Below, piece by piece: positions 19,614 through 29,073 of a stretch of 64,000 nucleotides of DNA. Under the pieces are notes generated by a model. The model did no database searches, was not told the origin of the DNA, and worked only from the letters and a program-made list of their open reading frames with translations. How positions within the stretch are numbered: position 1 is the stretch's first letter; each line of letters opens with the position of its first letter. The stretch is from the NCBI GenBank assembly GCA_035935655.1, contig DASYWW010000046.1, positions 90,709 through 154,708 of the forward strand, in the 5' to 3' direction. This DNA comes from Candidatus Bathyarchaeia archaeon. GTDB taxonomy: Archaea > Thermoproteota > Bathyarchaeia > 40CM-2-53-6. Position numbers and translations under genes: made by a program.

Positions 19614-19796
19614 CTAGCGCCAATTATTCAGTTTCGATGTGGTAGGATCCTTGCCCTCGACACCGTTGAGCCCATTTATCCACTCTGGTACTATTACTGC
19701 CCTGATCAATTCTTGGATGGTAATTCCTCGTCGTTTCGCGATCTTTTCTAGCTCGCGATAAATTATGTCGTCAAGCGTTTGCATGAACTTAGGCAG
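19614..19796 (-). CDS. ribbon-helix-helix DNA-binding protein (probable CTG start)
   Basis: PKFMQTLDDIIYRELEKIAKRRGITIQELIRAVIV fits the RHH strand-helix-helix pattern. Confidence 0.8.
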   Translation of the reverse strand: MPKFMQTLDDIIYRELEKIAKRRGITIQELIRAVIVPEWINGLNGVEGKDPTTSKLNNWR

Positions 19797-19913
19797 TCTA
19801 GACACCACGGTTTCTCGGGATATCAAAGTCATTTCAGGGGTTGAAATAAAGTGCTGGTGTAACTTGTAGAATTCCAACGAAGTGACAGGATCGAGGCGTT
19901 GGACGAATTAGAA

Positions 19914-21185
19914 TTAGTCGATCCGTTTCGATGTAGCTGTTGTTCCGAGAATCTGGCTCGCCGCAGATTCGACTCTCGATCGGTATGATTCCCTAGTGTA
20001 GACCCTCACTAGGTTCATGAACGTGTGGAGAACGCCAGCAATCTTGGAAACGTCCGTTAGAGGAACGATCTGTTTCTTTCCATTAGGAGCCCGCATAAAC
20101 ACGGGTACATCCATGGAGCTTAAGTCCACAGTATTGTGGTAGGGAACTGATGGTAGGCTGGGTGCGTCGATGATCACATCCTCCGGTGAAATCCTCGCCT
20201 TCTTGGCAATCTGTTGCTCGATTTCCCCGCGAATGTGCTCGTTTGATACTCTATCAGTCACCAGCTCCTTGCGGGAAAACAGTGTGCGTTCGTATGCACA
20301 TTTTAGGAGCCGCCTAGCCTCGAGGTCCTGCATTATCTTCCTAGACTTCTTACACTCCTTCAGTGCGGTCCATACTTTGTAATCATCGAGTCTGAGGAAA
20401 TCCTCAGGTTCATCAAAGTCTAGCAAATGGAGCTCATCTCTTGCAGCTTCCAAGGCCTTCACCATCATGATCTGAACTGCCCTGGAAGCCTTGTGGAAGT
20501 ATATTGTTCGAAAGGATTCGAACCGTGCAAGGAGGAAGCTCTCAAGCGTTGCAACTGCTGATCCATCAATTGAAAGGGTCTTGTCAATGATGTCCATCGC
20601 GTACAGCAGGCGGTGAACGTCTATTGAGCCGTATCCTGCGCCTGTGTGGAAGGAGTCTCTGACAACGTAATCCATCTTGTCGACATCGACGTCGCTGCTG
20701 ACTATCTGGTCCAAGTACGGATACGTTCTATTCGCTAAGTTTCCAACCGCGAGTTTACCTAGGGTCCTGGCATTGAGGCCAGCCGCCTCAAGTCTTTCGG
20801 AGATCTCGGTCTCGTTCACAAGCCATGGAACAAAGTCCTCGTGATTCTTTCCAAGGTATTTTGTCAGGAGGGGCTCAAAGACGTGTGAAAATGGGCCGTG
20901 TCCAACGTCATGAAGAAGTGCGGCCAAGCGAAGCTGTTCCTGTAGTTGTCGGGGGAGGTCGATAGGTAACGCCTCTGCGAGAGATCCGGCTAGATGCATT
21001 GCGCCGATTACATGTTCGAACCGAGTGTGGTTTGCTGCAGGATAGACAAATTCTGACCCGGCAAGTTGGCGAATGCGCTTGAGCCTCTGAACGGGCTCCG
21101 TGTCGATTACCGATCTCTCTGTCTGGCTGATTCTGACATAGCCGTGAATAGGGTCTTTGATGAATCCTCCAGACTTCTGGGTCAA
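19914..21185 (-). CDS. HD-domain phosphohydrolase (dNTP triphosphohydrolase-like)
   Basis: IKDPIHG, QRLKRIRQL, HTRFEH, LLHDVGHGPFSH and DVDKMDYVVRD. Confidence 0.93.
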   Translation of the reverse strand: MTQKSGGFIKDPIHGYVRISQTERSVIDTEPVQRLKRIRQLAGSEFVYPAANHTRFEHVIGAMHLAGSLAEALPIDLPRQLQEQLRLAALLHDVGHGPFSHVFEPLLTKYLGKNHEDFVPWLVNETEISERLEAAGLNARTLGKLAVGNLANRTYPYLDQIVSSDVDVDKMDYVVRDSFHTGAGYGSIDVHRLLYAMDIIDKTLSIDGSAVATLESFLLARFESFRTIYFHKASRAVQIMMVKALEAARDELHLLDFDEPEDFLRLDDYKVWTALKECKKSRKIMQDLEARRLLKCAYERTLFSRKELVTDRVSNEHIRGEIEQQIAKKARISPEDVIIDAPSLPSVPYHNTVDLSSMDVPVFMRAPNGKKQIVPLTDVSKIAGVLHTFMNLVRVYTRESYRSRVESAASQILGTTATSKRID

Positions 21186-21296
21186 TTTTCTCCGCCTTGT
21201 TTTGGGCGACTCTACTTAGTTAACTTCTCATTTAATTGGGAAGTCTCTTTTTATCCAGGCTATCTGTTATTCTTAGAAATTACGGGCTTGGCTTGC

Positions 21297-21488
21297 ATGG
21301 TTCAAGATAAGATCCTCTGCTTCATGTGCTCAGTGAAGGGTATCGAGAGGACATTCGCAACCTATTACGAATTGCAGGACCATCTCTACAAGGATCATGA
21401 CATGACCAAAGACCAAGCCATGGAGATTTTCACGAGGTCCAAATTGTTAACTTCCAAGGCTGCGAGTGTTCAGGAACCGCGAAAGTAG
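21297..21488 (+). CDS. small C2H2-type zinc-finger protein (63 aa)
   Basis: CFMC...F.TYYELQDHLYKDH; ATG at 21297, divergent from the HD gene. Confidence 0.75.
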   Translation: MVQDKILCFMCSVKGIERTFATYYELQDHLYKDHDMTKDQAMEIFTRSKLLTSKAASVQEPRK

Positions 21489-21587
21489 TTACGAATTGGC
21501 AGAGTCGTCCTTGACATCAGTTAGACGACTTGCCTTTTCTTCCCAAGAGGGATTTGAGTTGGAGCATCGATTAGATCGGGGGCCTAT

Positions 21588-22175
21588 CTAGAAGCCGAGG
21601 AATTGGACTATGTATAAGACCAGTGCGCCGACAAATATGATGAGAACGACGCTGGTTATGAATGTCAGCATGCTCTGCTGAGTGTTAATGCGCGCGGCGT
21701 TCTTTACTGCGAATACGTTTGCGATACCAATCCAAATGGTACCTGCGGCGCGAACAATTTCTGAAATTGTGGGGATTGGAGTGGCCATGAGAATGAACAA
21801 GACGCCTGGTGACCAAGAAAAGAAGAAAGGGCGAGCGAGCTCCCAGTAGCCAATCGATCCTCGGAAGAGTTTCCTGACGACTAAGTAGGTGGTTCCTGAC
21901 CAGATCAAAGCAATGATGATGGCTGAGAGCACATCGATCGCGGTTACTGTAAGTATGTCGAAGAGGGACGTCCCGGCGACAAGGAATCCAAAAAGACCCA
22001 AGCCAGCGCCGTAGCATAGCCCGATTATCGCAGGGAGAGAAATGGACTGAAGAGTCGCGGTTGGATCATCTCGTAGTTCTCTGGATATGTCCGCGTCAAA
22101 TATTGCGGCTTTGAGCACCCGGAGTGCTAACTTTTTGACGCTGAGATCCTGTCTACTAGAGAAGTGCCAGATCAA
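21588..22175 (-). CDS. YIP1-family membrane protein
   Basis: RAAxFD...ELxxDxxATxQ pattern, multi-TM; paralog of the neighbouring gene. Confidence 0.75.
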   Translation of the reverse strand: MIWHFSSRQDLSVKKLALRVLKAAIFDADISRELRDDPTATLQSISLPAIIGLCYGAGLGLFGFLVAGTSLFDILTVTAIDVLSAIIIALIWSGTTYLVVRKLFRGSIGYWELARPFFFSWSPGVLFILMATPIPTISEIVRAAGTIWIGIANVFAVKNAARINTQQSMLTFITSVVLIIFVGALVLYIVQFLGF

Positions 22176-22334
22176 CGTGTTCAGTTTTTCCTTCGTCTCT
22201 ATCGGTCCCGGCGCTTATCAACTAACGGGAAGATTTGTCGATTTTCTCCCGCATCGTGTAAGGTTGAACCTCTTGGAATGTACGGGTAATCTCTAAACAA
22301 CTATGGATCCTCCAAAGTCTTGACTTCGGTTCGG

Positions 22335-22946
22335 CTAGACCGTCATTTGGATGAAGGCGAGGACTAACAGGCCTACAACTGAGGTTAATAGCGCCCGTTG
22401 CGTGTTGAAACCCATCGCGTTCTTGAGGGCGACGAACTCCGCTGACACAATCCAGGCCGAGGCGATAACTGCCGTAGTTACAATGATCGGCGAGAATGGT
22501 ATGGCGATCAAGATAAACAGGGTGCCTGGGGCAGTAGAGAAGAATAGAGGTCTGGCTAATTGCCAATAGCCGGTTTTGCCCTGGAAAAGTTTTGCTCCGA
22601 CGAGGAAGACCGTCGCGGACCATATGAACACCGCGAAGTCGGTAAAGATCATGTTGGCTATGGTTCCTGATATGAGCTGGTTGGGTGATAGGCTGCGTGT
22701 TTGGAGTCCCGTGAAAATGCTGTATCCGAGTCCGTAGGACAGGCCCACTAGGAGCAGTACGGCGACTGCCTGCCCGGTTGCGGTCTTGTCTTCTTTGAGC
22801 TCATGAATGGTCTCGGTGTCAAACTTTGCAGTGCGCAGTATTCGGGATATGAGTTGTTGGATCTTGTGTCTTGTTATGGTGTGCTCGTGTTCCTCGGGCA
22901 TGTTTCGGTCCAAGTTGTTTTGTATTGTTCGAGCGAGCCTTATCAA
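22335..22946 (-). CDS. YIP1-family membrane protein (start probably the ATG of MPEEH)
   Basis: ELKEDKTATGQA and GAKLFQGKTGYWQLARPLFFS. Confidence 0.75.
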   Translation of the reverse strand: MIRLARTIQNNLDRNMPEEHEHTITRHKIQQLISRILRTAKFDTETIHELKEDKTATGQAVAVLLLVGLSYGLGYSIFTGLQTRSLSPNQLISGTIANMIFTDFAVFIWSATVFLVGAKLFQGKTGYWQLARPLFFSTAPGTLFILIAIPFSPIIVTTAVIASAWIVSAEFVALKNAMGFNTQRALLTSVVGLLVLAFIQMTV

Positions 22947-22986
22947 CTAATAGTAGGAAAATACGATCAATTATGGTGACAAATAT

Positions 22987-24060
22987 TTGTCTCGGCTTGC
23001 ATCTACGCTGAAGGAAAAGGCAGCAGGCAAACACGCGTTCAAGGTTGTTGCGATGCCGGACTTCTATCTCGACTACATCCTCACCTTTGCCGGCGAGCTT
23101 GACGAGATGGCTAAAGCAATGGTTGATGTTGCGGCCAGAGGAGGTGGAAACCTGCTTGGCTGGAAGCACTTGGTTGGTAGAGGCGGAAATGCTTCCAACT
23201 TTTCGGCCCAGCTCGCCAAGCTAGGCGTAAACGTGGTTCCTGTGATCGAGACAGACGAGTTTGGCGGTATGGCTCTCGCTCAATTTCTGAAGAGCGCCGA
23301 TCTGTCTCATGTCAGAACTACTGGATCTCTCTCTAGCACTCTCGCTTTTGAGGCTCAGCATTCGGGGAGACAGGTCAACATCATGGCAAGCGATCCCGGA
23401 TCGTTATCGAAGTTCGGCCCTGAGAAACTGGCCGAAAAGGACCGGGAGCTGATACGCGAAGCTGATTTTGTATGTGTTTTCAACTGGAACCAGAACTTGA
23501 AGGGGACTGAGTTGGCTGAGGAGGTGTTTCAGACCGTGAAGAATGAGGGAAAAGGGGTAACTTTCTTTGACCCTGGAGATCCCACTTCGAGGGCAAGCGA
23601 GATTCCGAGGCTCAACGATCGGGTTCTCTCCAAGGGGCTCGTTGACGTTCTTAGCGTTAACGAGAATGAGCTCACCCAACTGGCCGCTGCTGTCCGCGAG
23701 GAGACGGGAGGGTTTGAAGGGGATGAGGAGAATCCATTATTCAAGGCCGCCGGTGTCTTCAGCATGCTTGGAAGTAGGGTTGATCTTCACACTCCGGTCT
23801 TCTCCGCGACTTTCATTGACGGCCAGAGAGAACGAGTCCTCTGTGCCAGCACACCTCCGCTCAAGGTCACGGGGGCTGGAGATGCGTGGAACGCGGGTGA
23901 CGTTTTTGCGCAGGGCATAGGCCTTGGTCACACGGAACGATTGTCCTTCGCGAATGCAACCGCTGCCGCATACATGAGAAAACCTGATCTCGATCCTTGC
24001 CCATTGGATGAGATTCTCGAGCGAGTCGGAGAGATAGAGAAACTCAACATTCGCGAGTAA
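22987..24060 (+). CDS. PfkB-family carbohydrate kinase
   Basis: GGNASN, FFDPG, VNENE and VTGAGDAWNAG. Confidence 0.9.
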   Translation: MSRLASTLKEKAAGKHAFKVVAMPDFYLDYILTFAGELDEMAKAMVDVAARGGGNLLGWKHLVGRGGNASNFSAQLAKLGVNVVPVIETDEFGGMALAQFLKSADLSHVRTTGSLSSTLAFEAQHSGRQVNIMASDPGSLSKFGPEKLAEKDRELIREADFVCVFNWNQNLKGTELAEEVFQTVKNEGKGVTFFDPGDPTSRASEIPRLNDRVLSKGLVDVLSVNENELTQLAAAVREETGGFEGDEENPLFKAAGVFSMLGSRVDLHTPVFSATFIDGQRERVLCASTPPLKVTGAGDAWNAGDVFAQGIGLGHTERLSFANATAAAYMRKPDLDPCPLDEILERVGEIEKLNIRE

Positions 24061-24228
24061 ATTTCGAATCGTGAAACTCATTTCTATGGACTGGTGATGC
24101 CGTGCGTTCGGTTCACCATTCTTAAATTGGCTCGCGATGGGTCAAGCGTGAAGGCCAGGGTAGGCATTGAGCGGAGCAAGATTCTATCGCAAAAACATGG
24201 GTCGGGAATAGAAAGGTAGTCTCTCTAG

Positions 24229-25005
24229 TTGCGCAAGATTGCTGAGGGGGTTTACAGGGTTCCTGCTCGAGCGGCCAACACCTACCTTGTTGAGGCTCCA
24301 AAAGGTCTCGTGTTAGTGGACAGCGGTCTGCCCGGGAGCGAGAAGGGAATTCTCAAGGCCGTCGCAAAACTCGGAAGGAAACCTTCGGACCTGAAGCTTG
24401 TACTGTTGACTCATCGGCACCTGGACCATATCGGGAGTGCGGCTGCTTTGAAAAAACAGACAGGAGCGAAGCTGGCTTCTCATCCCTTTGAGAAGCCATA
24501 CGCGGCTGGGACTCTCGTGATAACGGCTCCGAGTGCTTGGAGCTTCTATGGAAGAATGGTGAGAAGGCTTACAACGCTTGAATATTGGTCGTTGAAGCTT
24601 TTTCGGATTATCAAGTTTCATACGACTAAGGTGGATCTCGCTGCGGACGAAGAATTTGTGTTGGAAGAAGTGGGTTTGGATGGGTCTGTGATCTGGACGC
24701 CTGGACATACGAAGGGGTCGGTTACGCTGTTTCTTAACCAGCCAAGTGTAGCCATTGTCGGGGATCTCGTTAGAGCTCGTCGTGGCCGGCTTGTGGAGCC
24801 GTTGTTAATGGAGAGTATTCCTCAGACCGGGGCGAGCATTAGACGGGTCTTGGATCTGGGTCCAGAGATTATCTGTCCGGGGCATGGCAAGCCGCTTCCG
24901 GCGTCCAAGGTCAAGGTCAAAGCGCGTGCGGTAAAGCCTGTGGCCGTAGCGAAGAAAAAGGAAGAGGAGGAAGACTTGGAGGAGCTAGCGTCTGGCCTTT
25001 TCTAG
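24229..25005 (+). CDS. MBL-fold metallo-hydrolase
   Basis: THRHLDHIG, TPGHTKGS, VGD and PGHG. Confidence 0.92.
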   Translation: MRKIAEGVYRVPARAANTYLVEAPKGLVLVDSGLPGSEKGILKAVAKLGRKPSDLKLVLLTHRHLDHIGSAAALKKQTGAKLASHPFEKPYAAGTLVITAPSAWSFYGRMVRRLTTLEYWSLKLFRIIKFHTTKVDLAADEEFVLEEVGLDGSVIWTPGHTKGSVTLFLNQPSVAIVGDLVRARRGRLVEPLLMESIPQTGASIRRVLDLGPEIICPGHGKPLPASKVKVKARAVKPVAVAKKKEEEEDLEELASGLF

Positions 25006-25075
25006 CCGCTTCTCGACATCGTCCCAGCTGACAACGGTCAGCCGAGCATGAATGTAGTTCGCCAGTCGTTCTTCT
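24985..25075 (-). pseudogene. remnant 3' end of a superoxide dismutase gene
   Basis: translates VVSWDDVEKRLEKARR* versus VVNWDDVEKRLEKARR* in the intact sod; 43/52 nt identical over 24985-25036. Confidence 0.85.
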
Positions 25076-25157
25076 TTAGGTCACCCAGGCGTATAATTCT
25101 GATAGATCGAGTCGAATAGTTTCGTCGACCAGTGCGAGAAAAGACGATCTCAAGCAA

Positions 25158-25679
25158 ATGGGTCCATTCTGTAACAGGGACATGCAGAAGTCAGCGGTCT
25201 TCAGCATTCGTGCTCGAAAGAAGAAAATTCAAGGTCAGGTAACACGAGCTCTTCGTTGCGGAGAGGACCGAGCTTGGTTGGCGGGAATCATAGAGGGCGA
25301 GGGGTCAGTTCTCTGGGCAAGTTACGGGAATGACGAGTGGCGTGCGAAGATTAGCATCATAATGAATGATCGAGCGGTGATTGCATATGCGGCGAGACTG
25401 ATGGAAGCAACTCCTTTCTACGACAAGAAGAGGAAACGTTGGCATACTTACGCGGAAGGATTCCGAGCAGTCCAAGTAGCCAAACTAACTGGTCCTCACA
25501 TGCACGGTCAGAAGAAGGAGCTAGCACTCGCTTTGGTTACCGCGGGACACGTTTTCAGGGGACGAGAGCCGCCGTGGCACTTCAGATTGGCCTATGACAA
25601 TGACCTTCAGAAGAATGTTAGAACTCTGGAAATGTCTCCGGCTTCTAGAATTGAAGTTGCAGAATCTCTGGCGCCTTGA
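25158..25679 (+). CDS. free-standing single-motif LAGLIDADG homing-endonuclease-like protein
   Basis: DRAWLAGIIEGEGSV motif followed by a KISIIMND strand and a basic C-terminal part. Confidence 0.7.
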   Translation: MGPFCNRDMQKSAVFSIRARKKKIQGQVTRALRCGEDRAWLAGIIEGEGSVLWASYGNDEWRAKISIIMNDRAVIAYAARLMEATPFYDKKRKRWHTYAEGFRAVQVAKLTGPHMHGQKKELALALVTAGHVFRGREPPWHFRLAYDNDLQKNVRTLEMSPASRIEVAESLAP

Positions 25680-25724
25680 AGAGGACAAAAATGAAAAAGG
25701 GTTCGAGTTTGGGGGGGCGCGCGT

Positions 25725-26333
25725 CTATCGTCTGGCTTTTTCAAGACGCTTTTCGACGTCGTCCCAATTGACGACGTTCCACCAAGCGTCGACATATGCG
25801 GCTCTATCATTTCGGTATTGCAAGTAGTATGCGTGTTCCCAGACGTCGAGGACGAGTATTGGGACTACTCCTTGTACCGTTAGGTCGTTGTGTTTCTCGG
25901 CCTGGAGCGTGATCAATTGCTGGGTCCACGGTTCGTATGCTAGGACAGCCCAGCCGCTTCCTTCAACCTGTTTGGCGGCGGTGCCGAATTGTTCTTTGAA
26001 CGATTCCCACTTGCCAAAGTCAGTGTTGATCTGGTCTGCTATCTTGCCGCCTGGTTTTCCTCCAGCGTTCGATTTCATGTTGGGCCAGAAAGTGCTATGC
26101 ATTGTGTGGCCTGAACCGTGGAAGGCGAGGTCTCGCTCGATTGCTTTGATGTCGACGCCGGCGAACCCGGTCTCGCGCGCCTTCTGCAGCTTGTCCAGGG
26201 CGGCGTTTGCGCCGTTTACATAAGCGAGATGGTGTTTGTCATGATGTAACCGCATGATCTCCTCGCTTATTGTCGGGACGAGGGCGTTGTACGCGTAAGG
26301 AAGGTCAGGTAGCTTGTACCGATGATGTGGCAT
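25725..26333 (-). CDS. sod: Fe/Mn superoxide dismutase
   Basis: LPDLPYAYNAL, HHDKHH, GSGW and DVWEHAYYLQY. Confidence 0.97.
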   Translation of the reverse strand: MPHHRYKLPDLPYAYNALVPTISEEIMRLHHDKHHLAYVNGANAALDKLQKARETGFAGVDIKAIERDLAFHGSGHTMHSTFWPNMKSNAGGKPGGKIADQINTDFGKWESFKEQFGTAAKQVEGSGWAVLAYEPWTQQLITLQAEKHNDLTVQGVVPILVLDVWEHAYYLQYRNDRAAYVDAWWNVVNWDDVEKRLEKARR

Positions 26334-26428
26334 GAGGTCTCGGCTGTTGCTTTGTTGATAAAACTATGCTCAAAACTGCGCGTGGAACTCTCAACCATCA
26401 ACCACTCTTGCGGTGCGAGGGTCGGTCG

Positions 26429-26612
26429 CTAAGACCCCCTATTTTCCAGAAACCATTTCCCGTCTGGTGCTTATAACAGCCGAGACAGGCGATTCAGGGC
26501 GCAATTGTGGGCTCGGATGGACTTGAAAGAAGCGGACAATTCCGAACGAATTTCAGGATAGTAAGGTGTCTCTTTCCAGAATCGAGATTCGGGCTTGAAA
26601 TGGGCGAGTTTT
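26429..26612. repeat. dispersed ~190-bp non-coding element, copy 2 (inverted relative to copy 1)
   Basis: colinear conserved blocks shared with 13778-13970. Confidence 0.75.
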
Positions 26613-26659
26613 TATTCTAACAGGTCCAGACTCAGCTTCTAAAGGATCCTGAATTCGTA

Positions 26660-27070
26660 TTGACCATCCCCATGGAAGGAACCGAATACCCTGACCACTT
26701 CACCGAATTCCTAGCGTTCTTATGCCAAAAATACCGTGTGGATAGGAGCCGATTATTGATAGAGTACAGTCACAGACCGCCTCCCCCCATCAAAGGCACT
26801 AGAGCAGGCTACTACGAGGGACTACTCTCTTTCCGCGAAAAGAATAGTCGTACCGAGTTTCTGATCACGGTCTTCGAGCTCTCACGCGAGCCTCTCGTGA
26901 CCTTGGCACACGAGTTCGCCCACCTCGTCAAGAATCTGATGTCTGGAAACATCGACAAGCATATGCGTCCGCCAGACGACGAGACTGAAGGATTACTTGA
27001 CCGTCAGGCAATTGCAGACCTAACAGAGTTCCAAGCACTCGATCGTTCTATTGCGGGGTCAGAGAGATAG
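26660..27070 (+). CDS. small HExxH (zincin-like) hypothetical protein
   Basis: VTLAHEFAHLV with a downstream Glu. Confidence 0.65.
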   Translation: MTIPMEGTEYPDHFTEFLAFLCQKYRVDRSRLLIEYSHRPPPPIKGTRAGYYEGLLSFREKNSRTEFLITVFELSREPLVTLAHEFAHLVKNLMSGNIDKHMRPPDDETEGLLDRQAIADLTEFQALDRSIAGSER

Positions 27071-27073
27071 CTC

Positions 27074-28342
27074 TCAGTATTTTGCATCTCGCACTTCTTG
27101 GAAGATGAGATATGCGCCTGCGGTCACGATTATCATGAGAATCCCGTAAAGTTGTAGCGTGGGACCGATCTGTAGAGTGGTTGCGACACCGCCGGTTGTG
27201 ACCGCGGCAATTGGGGTCGCAACGGTTACCAGCGCTCCGAGGGAGGTGAAGACACGTCCCAGCAAGTTGCCGGGAACCTTCGCTTGGATGAGCACTTGCA
27301 GTGGGAGATTTGCAAAGGCTAGAGAAACGCCGATTACAAGCATGAGCATGATGCTATACGATGCTACTGTGGTGAACCCGATGACAGACACGGAGCTTCC
27401 CGTTCCCAAGACGCCGAGGAACAACAGTTTTCCGACATACTTTCTCGCCTCTATCTTGCCGATCACGATGGAGCCGAGCACTGTTCCGAGCGACAGTGCG
27501 GCTAGCATTGCACCATAAATTCCAGAGTTGCCGTGGACAGTTATCTTTGCGTAGGGTGCTATGAGAGCTTGGATTCCTCCGCCGAAAAAGTTTAGGACTA
27601 AGGCCAGAGCGATGATCTCCAACAAGAGACGACTGGTCCGTATGAAACGTAGTCCTTGGAGAAACTTGTCCATGAACGAAGAAGGATTCTCGCCGTCGAT
27701 GGACGCCGAAGATGTGACGGAAGGAACATCGAGAACCGATCGAGCGATCAAGAACACGCTAGCAGAAGCGAATACGAAAGTGAAGCTATCGTAATAGATC
27801 GGGAGCTCTATTCCCAAAAATAGGACCAGCAACCCCCCTATCCCGAATCCAGCAATCTGGTTCAGAGATGAGCTGATCGTGAAAAGACTGTTTGCTGCTG
27901 CAAGATCCTCCTTAGCCATAAGCCCCGGGATGATCGCCGTGACAGCGGGTCTGACAAACTGAGCGCCAGCGTTCAAGAGAAACAGTAGTACGAGTAGAAT
28001 CGGGAAGGTGAGAGCCTCCAATGTATAGAGAACTGCGATAGCTGCGACTGTTGTGGCCTGGAAAATATTGCTGAGGAGAATGATGTCTCGACGGTTGAAC
28101 TTGTCCACGTAGACCCCTGCGAGAGGGCCGATCACAACTGGAGGGAGGAGAATGGTCGCAGTTGTCAACCCTACTTTGAAAATGTCCCCTGTCAGTTGCA
28201 GGACCAGCCAGAGCGCTACAATGTCGAAGATGTAGTCTCCTGACTGCGAAACCATTTGACCGATCCAGAGAAGACTGAAGGATCTGTTGGAGAACACCCG
28301 ACGGAAGCTAGGTTTCCGCTGCTCTATCTGATCGAGGGTCAC
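27074..28342 (-). CDS. MFS transporter
   Basis: multi-TM protein with the GVYVDKFNRR motif A and VPGNLLGRV. Confidence 0.92.
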   Translation of the reverse strand: MTLDQIEQRKPSFRRVFSNRSFSLLWIGQMVSQSGDYIFDIVALWLVLQLTGDIFKVGLTTATILLPPVVIGPLAGVYVDKFNRRDIILLSNIFQATTVAAIAVLYTLEALTFPILLVLLFLLNAGAQFVRPAVTAIIPGLMAKEDLAAANSLFTISSSLNQIAGFGIGGLLVLFLGIELPIYYDSFTFVFASASVFLIARSVLDVPSVTSSASIDGENPSSFMDKFLQGLRFIRTSRLLLEIIALALVLNFFGGGIQALIAPYAKITVHGNSGIYGAMLAALSLGTVLGSIVIGKIEARKYVGKLLFLGVLGTGSSVSVIGFTTVASYSIMLMLVIGVSLAFANLPLQVLIQAKVPGNLLGRVFTSLGALVTVATPIAAVTTGGVATTLQIGPTLQLYGILMIIVTAGAYLIFQEVRDAKY

Positions 28343-28384
28343 GTATAAACTCCCTTGATACGTAACAATTAAATTGACGCGTAT

Positions 28385-28996
28385 TTGAGCCTTCTGGTAA
28401 TGTCAAAGAGAGATATCTACAACGTACTCCTAAACACGCTCCAGAATCCCACAAAGCTCGGCATTCTAATGCTTCTCACTCACCAAGACAAAATGACTGT
28501 GACTCAGATGTCAAAGCTCGTAAGGGTCAGCAAAGCAAACCTCTACCACTTCGTAAGTCAAATGGTAAGGGACGGTATTCTCGCCAAGCCCGAGGCCCTC
28601 GTCAAGAAGAACTATGTTGAGAAGTACTACCGCCTGGACGAAAAGTTCTTCGAAGCCTTAGACCCCTCTGAACAGAGGAAAAGGCTCAAGGCCGCGAGAC
28701 CTGAAGAACTCAAGACCATTCTCCAGTCGACCCTCGTTTCAATAGGATTGGATTTTCGCCTCATGGCCGAAGAGATCGCCAGCGCAGACGAAAAGACATT
28801 GAAACAAATCGCCAACGCGGTCGCTGAAGAACGAATCACCCTTTCCTACTCAATTCTGTCAGACAAAGCCTACAATCACGCTCTGGCAGAACTCAAACGA
28901 ATCAACAAAACCATAACCGAAGTAGAGAGACACGATAAGCCATCCTTGCAAGGAAACAGACTGATACTCGTCAGCCTACCCCGCCTCGGAACCTAG
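28385..28996 (+). CDS. ArsR-like winged-helix regulator
   Basis: LQNPTKLGIL...TVTQMS...SKANLYHFV...EKYY; divergent from the MFS gene. Confidence 0.8.
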   Translation: MSLLVMSKRDIYNVLLNTLQNPTKLGILMLLTHQDKMTVTQMSKLVRVSKANLYHFVSQMVRDGILAKPEALVKKNYVEKYYRLDEKFFEALDPSEQRKRLKAARPEELKTILQSTLVSIGLDFRLMAEEIASADEKTLKQIANAVAEERITLSYSILSDKAYNHALAELKRINKTITEVERHDKPSLQGNRLILVSLPRLGT

Positions 28997-29073
28997 AATC
29001 CTAAGCAGAAAAATGAGCCCACTCTTTTCAAGGGAGCCTTTTTTACGAAACAAGCCTCTAGCCGCGAGGGAAT

